The notes beneath the pieces were generated by a model that saw nothing but the letters and a program-made list of their open reading frames with translations, searched no databases and was not told the origin of the DNA. Positions 24,119 to 25,518 of a DNA stretch of 25,518 bases are shown here, piece after piece; position 1 is the stretch's first letter, and each line of letters begins with the position of its first letter. Both the position numbers and the translations under genes were made by a program. This DNA comes from Kineosporiaceae bacterium (lineage in GTDB: Bacteria; Actinomycetota; Actinomycetes; Actinomycetales; Kineosporiaceae): NCBI GenBank assembly GCA_037381765.1, contig JARRQM010000006.1, positions 1 to 25,518 of the forward strand, written 5' to 3'.

Positions 24119-25518
24119 TTACCGGGTGCCGCGCAGGGCCCGGGCCCGGCCCAGAGCAGCACCGCGCTGGGGGCTGCCCGGCGGGAGCGCCGCGGCCAGG
24201 ATCTCCCAGCCGAGCAGGTCGTCGGCGCCCCCCGGGCGCTCCACCCACCGCCGCAGCAGCACGGGGTCACGGCCGGTCAGGACAGCGCCGCGAACCTGCT
24301 GGTCGAGCGCGTCACGGTGCTCGACCACCCCCGGCGCCTGCGAGGAGGGCAGGATCGGTCCCGGGTAGGCGGCGAGCAGGTCCGCGGTCCGTCCCTCGGC
24401 GAGCAGGGTCCGCACCGTGTGGATGTCGCACCGGGCCCCGACACCGAGCCGGTACGGCTGGGACTCCAGCAGGTCGACGCCGAAGGCGGTGCGCAGGGCG
24501 GTGCGTAGCCGGGAGACGTCCGCGCGGACCGCGACCGTACTGAGGTTGTCCGGGGACAGTTCGACGGCCAGCCGCCCGGCCGACATCCCCTCCCCGGCGA
24601 GGGCCAGCAGGACCAGGATCTCGCTGTGCCGGGGGCTGAGCCGCAGCCGCCGCGCCCCGGTCTCGACCAGGGCGTTGTCCACCCCGAGGGCGGAGACCCG
24701 GACCTCCGTCTCGGGCCGGGCCTGTCCGGCGTCGAGGAGCCGGACCACGAGGTACCCGTGCGCCCCGACCGGCTCGACGACGATCCGTTTCCCGTCGAAC
24801 AGCATCTGCGACCCGCCCGGCGACCGCAACGGTTCCGGCAGCAGGTCCGGGAACGACCCCGCCGCGGACCCCACCCCCGCCCCCGGGCCGGGCCCCGTCC
24901 CCGGGCCGGCCACCGGGAACATCCCCGGTTCGGCGTGCAGCACCCGCCCGCCGGGACTGATCAGGGCCGTCGGATCGGAACCGGAACGGGTCAGTTCCGT
25001 GTAGGTGACCCAGGACCGCAGATCCTGCAGGTGCAGCCGCCGGGTCAGTTCCGCCTCCATGGCCCGGGCGGTGGCCCGGACGGCGGCCAGAGCGTGCGGG
25101 CCACCGATACTGTCCCCGCCGGTGAGGTCGACCACCCCGAGGATCCGCCCGGAATCCGGGTCGCGTACCGGTGCCGCCGCACAGGTCCACCGCTGAACCG
25201 CCTCGTTGAAGTGCTCCCCGGCGATGATCTGCACCGGTTCCCCGAGGGCGAGCGCGGTACCGGGTGCGTTCGTCCCGACCCGGTCCTCGGCCCAGTCGGT
25301 CCCGGCCACGAAGTGGATGGACTCGGTGCGCCGCAGCGCCGCCGTATCCCCCTCGACCCATAGCAGGCGTCCGTGCGCGTCCCCGACGGCGAACACCGAC
25401 CCGGTGTCCCGGGCGGCCTCGCCGAGCATGTCCCGGCACACCTCCAGGGCCGTGCCCAGGGGGTGCGCGGTCCGTTCGTCGTCGAGGTGGTCAGCCGGAC
25501 CTACCTCCGGCAAGGCGG
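24119..25518 (-). CDS. GAF-domain transcriptional regulator with OmpR-like winged HTH; 5' end probably beyond the window
   Basis: AcoR-like GAF (HPL, GRLLWVEG, WAEDRVGTNAPGTAL, EHF, WTCAAAPVRDP, GVVDLTG). C-terminal LSPRHSEILVLL...VRADVSRLR...LESQPYRL. No sigma54 AAA domain. The frame stays open to the window edge. Confidence 0.85.
   Translation of the reverse strand, partial: ALPEVGPADHLDDERTAHPLGTALEVCRDMLGEAARDTGSVFAVGDAHGRLLWVEGDTAALRRTESIHFVAGTDWAEDRVGTNAPGTALALGEPVQIIAGEHFNEAVQRWTCAAAPVRDPDSGRILGVVDLTGGDSIGGPHALAAVRATARAMEAELTRRLHLQDLRSWVTYTELTRSGSDPTALISPGGRVLHAEPGMFPVAGPGTGPGPGAGVGSAAGSFPDLLPEPLRSPGGSQMLFDGKRIVVEPVGAHGYLVVRLLDAGQARPETEVRVSALGVDNALVETGARRLRLSPRHSEILVLLALAGEGMSAGRLAVELSPDNLSTVAVRADVSRLRTALRTAFGVDLLESQPYRLGVGARCDIHTVRTLLAEGRTADLLAAYPGPILPSSQAPGVVEHRDALDQQVRGAVLTGRDPVLLRRWVERPGGADDLLGWEILAAALPPGSPQRGAALGRARALRGTR

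Noticed and set aside
1528-24368. Long antisense ORFs (1528-3183, 5348-6595, 14334-15584, 16841-18559, 19690-21987, 22152-24368 and others)
   Set aside because: They mirror well-supported genes on the other strand, lack family motifs, and are expected from stop-codon scarcity in high-GC coding DNA.

Overview
High-GC actinobacterial-type chromosomal window with no mobile element, tRNA, rRNA or cas gene visible. In order: (1) a broken CBM2-GH12-like endoglucanase gene, with a 23-bp hairpin and a two-repeat, type I-E-CRISPR-like element upstream; (2) a divergent Wzx/Wzy-type surface-polysaccharide locus. Its minus arm is GT4, Wzz-like co-polymerase, CDP-alcohol phosphotransferase, TagD-like cytidylyltransferase, flippase-like protein and a secreted 7-blade propeller protein. 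Its plus arm is a DUF1972 GT4, a frameshifted Wzy-like polymerase, a CheR-like methyltransferase and a cupredoxin-like lipoprotein; (3) an AT-rich gap, a LAL/LuxR STAND regulator and a DcsG-like ATP-grasp ligase; (4) a translationally coupled pair of a divergent Hsp90/HtpG-family ATPase and a 1045-aa Cys-motif helical-repeat protein, the best candidate for an uncharacterised system; (5) a GAF-wHTH regulator (5' end outside the window), aldehyde dehydrogenase and DUF779, with a readable promoter. Three lesions (GH12 deletion, wzy 1-bp loss, Hsp90 Q-to-P) may be real decay or assembly error, and sequence alone cannot separate these. All family assignments come from motif recognition by eye, not from database searches.
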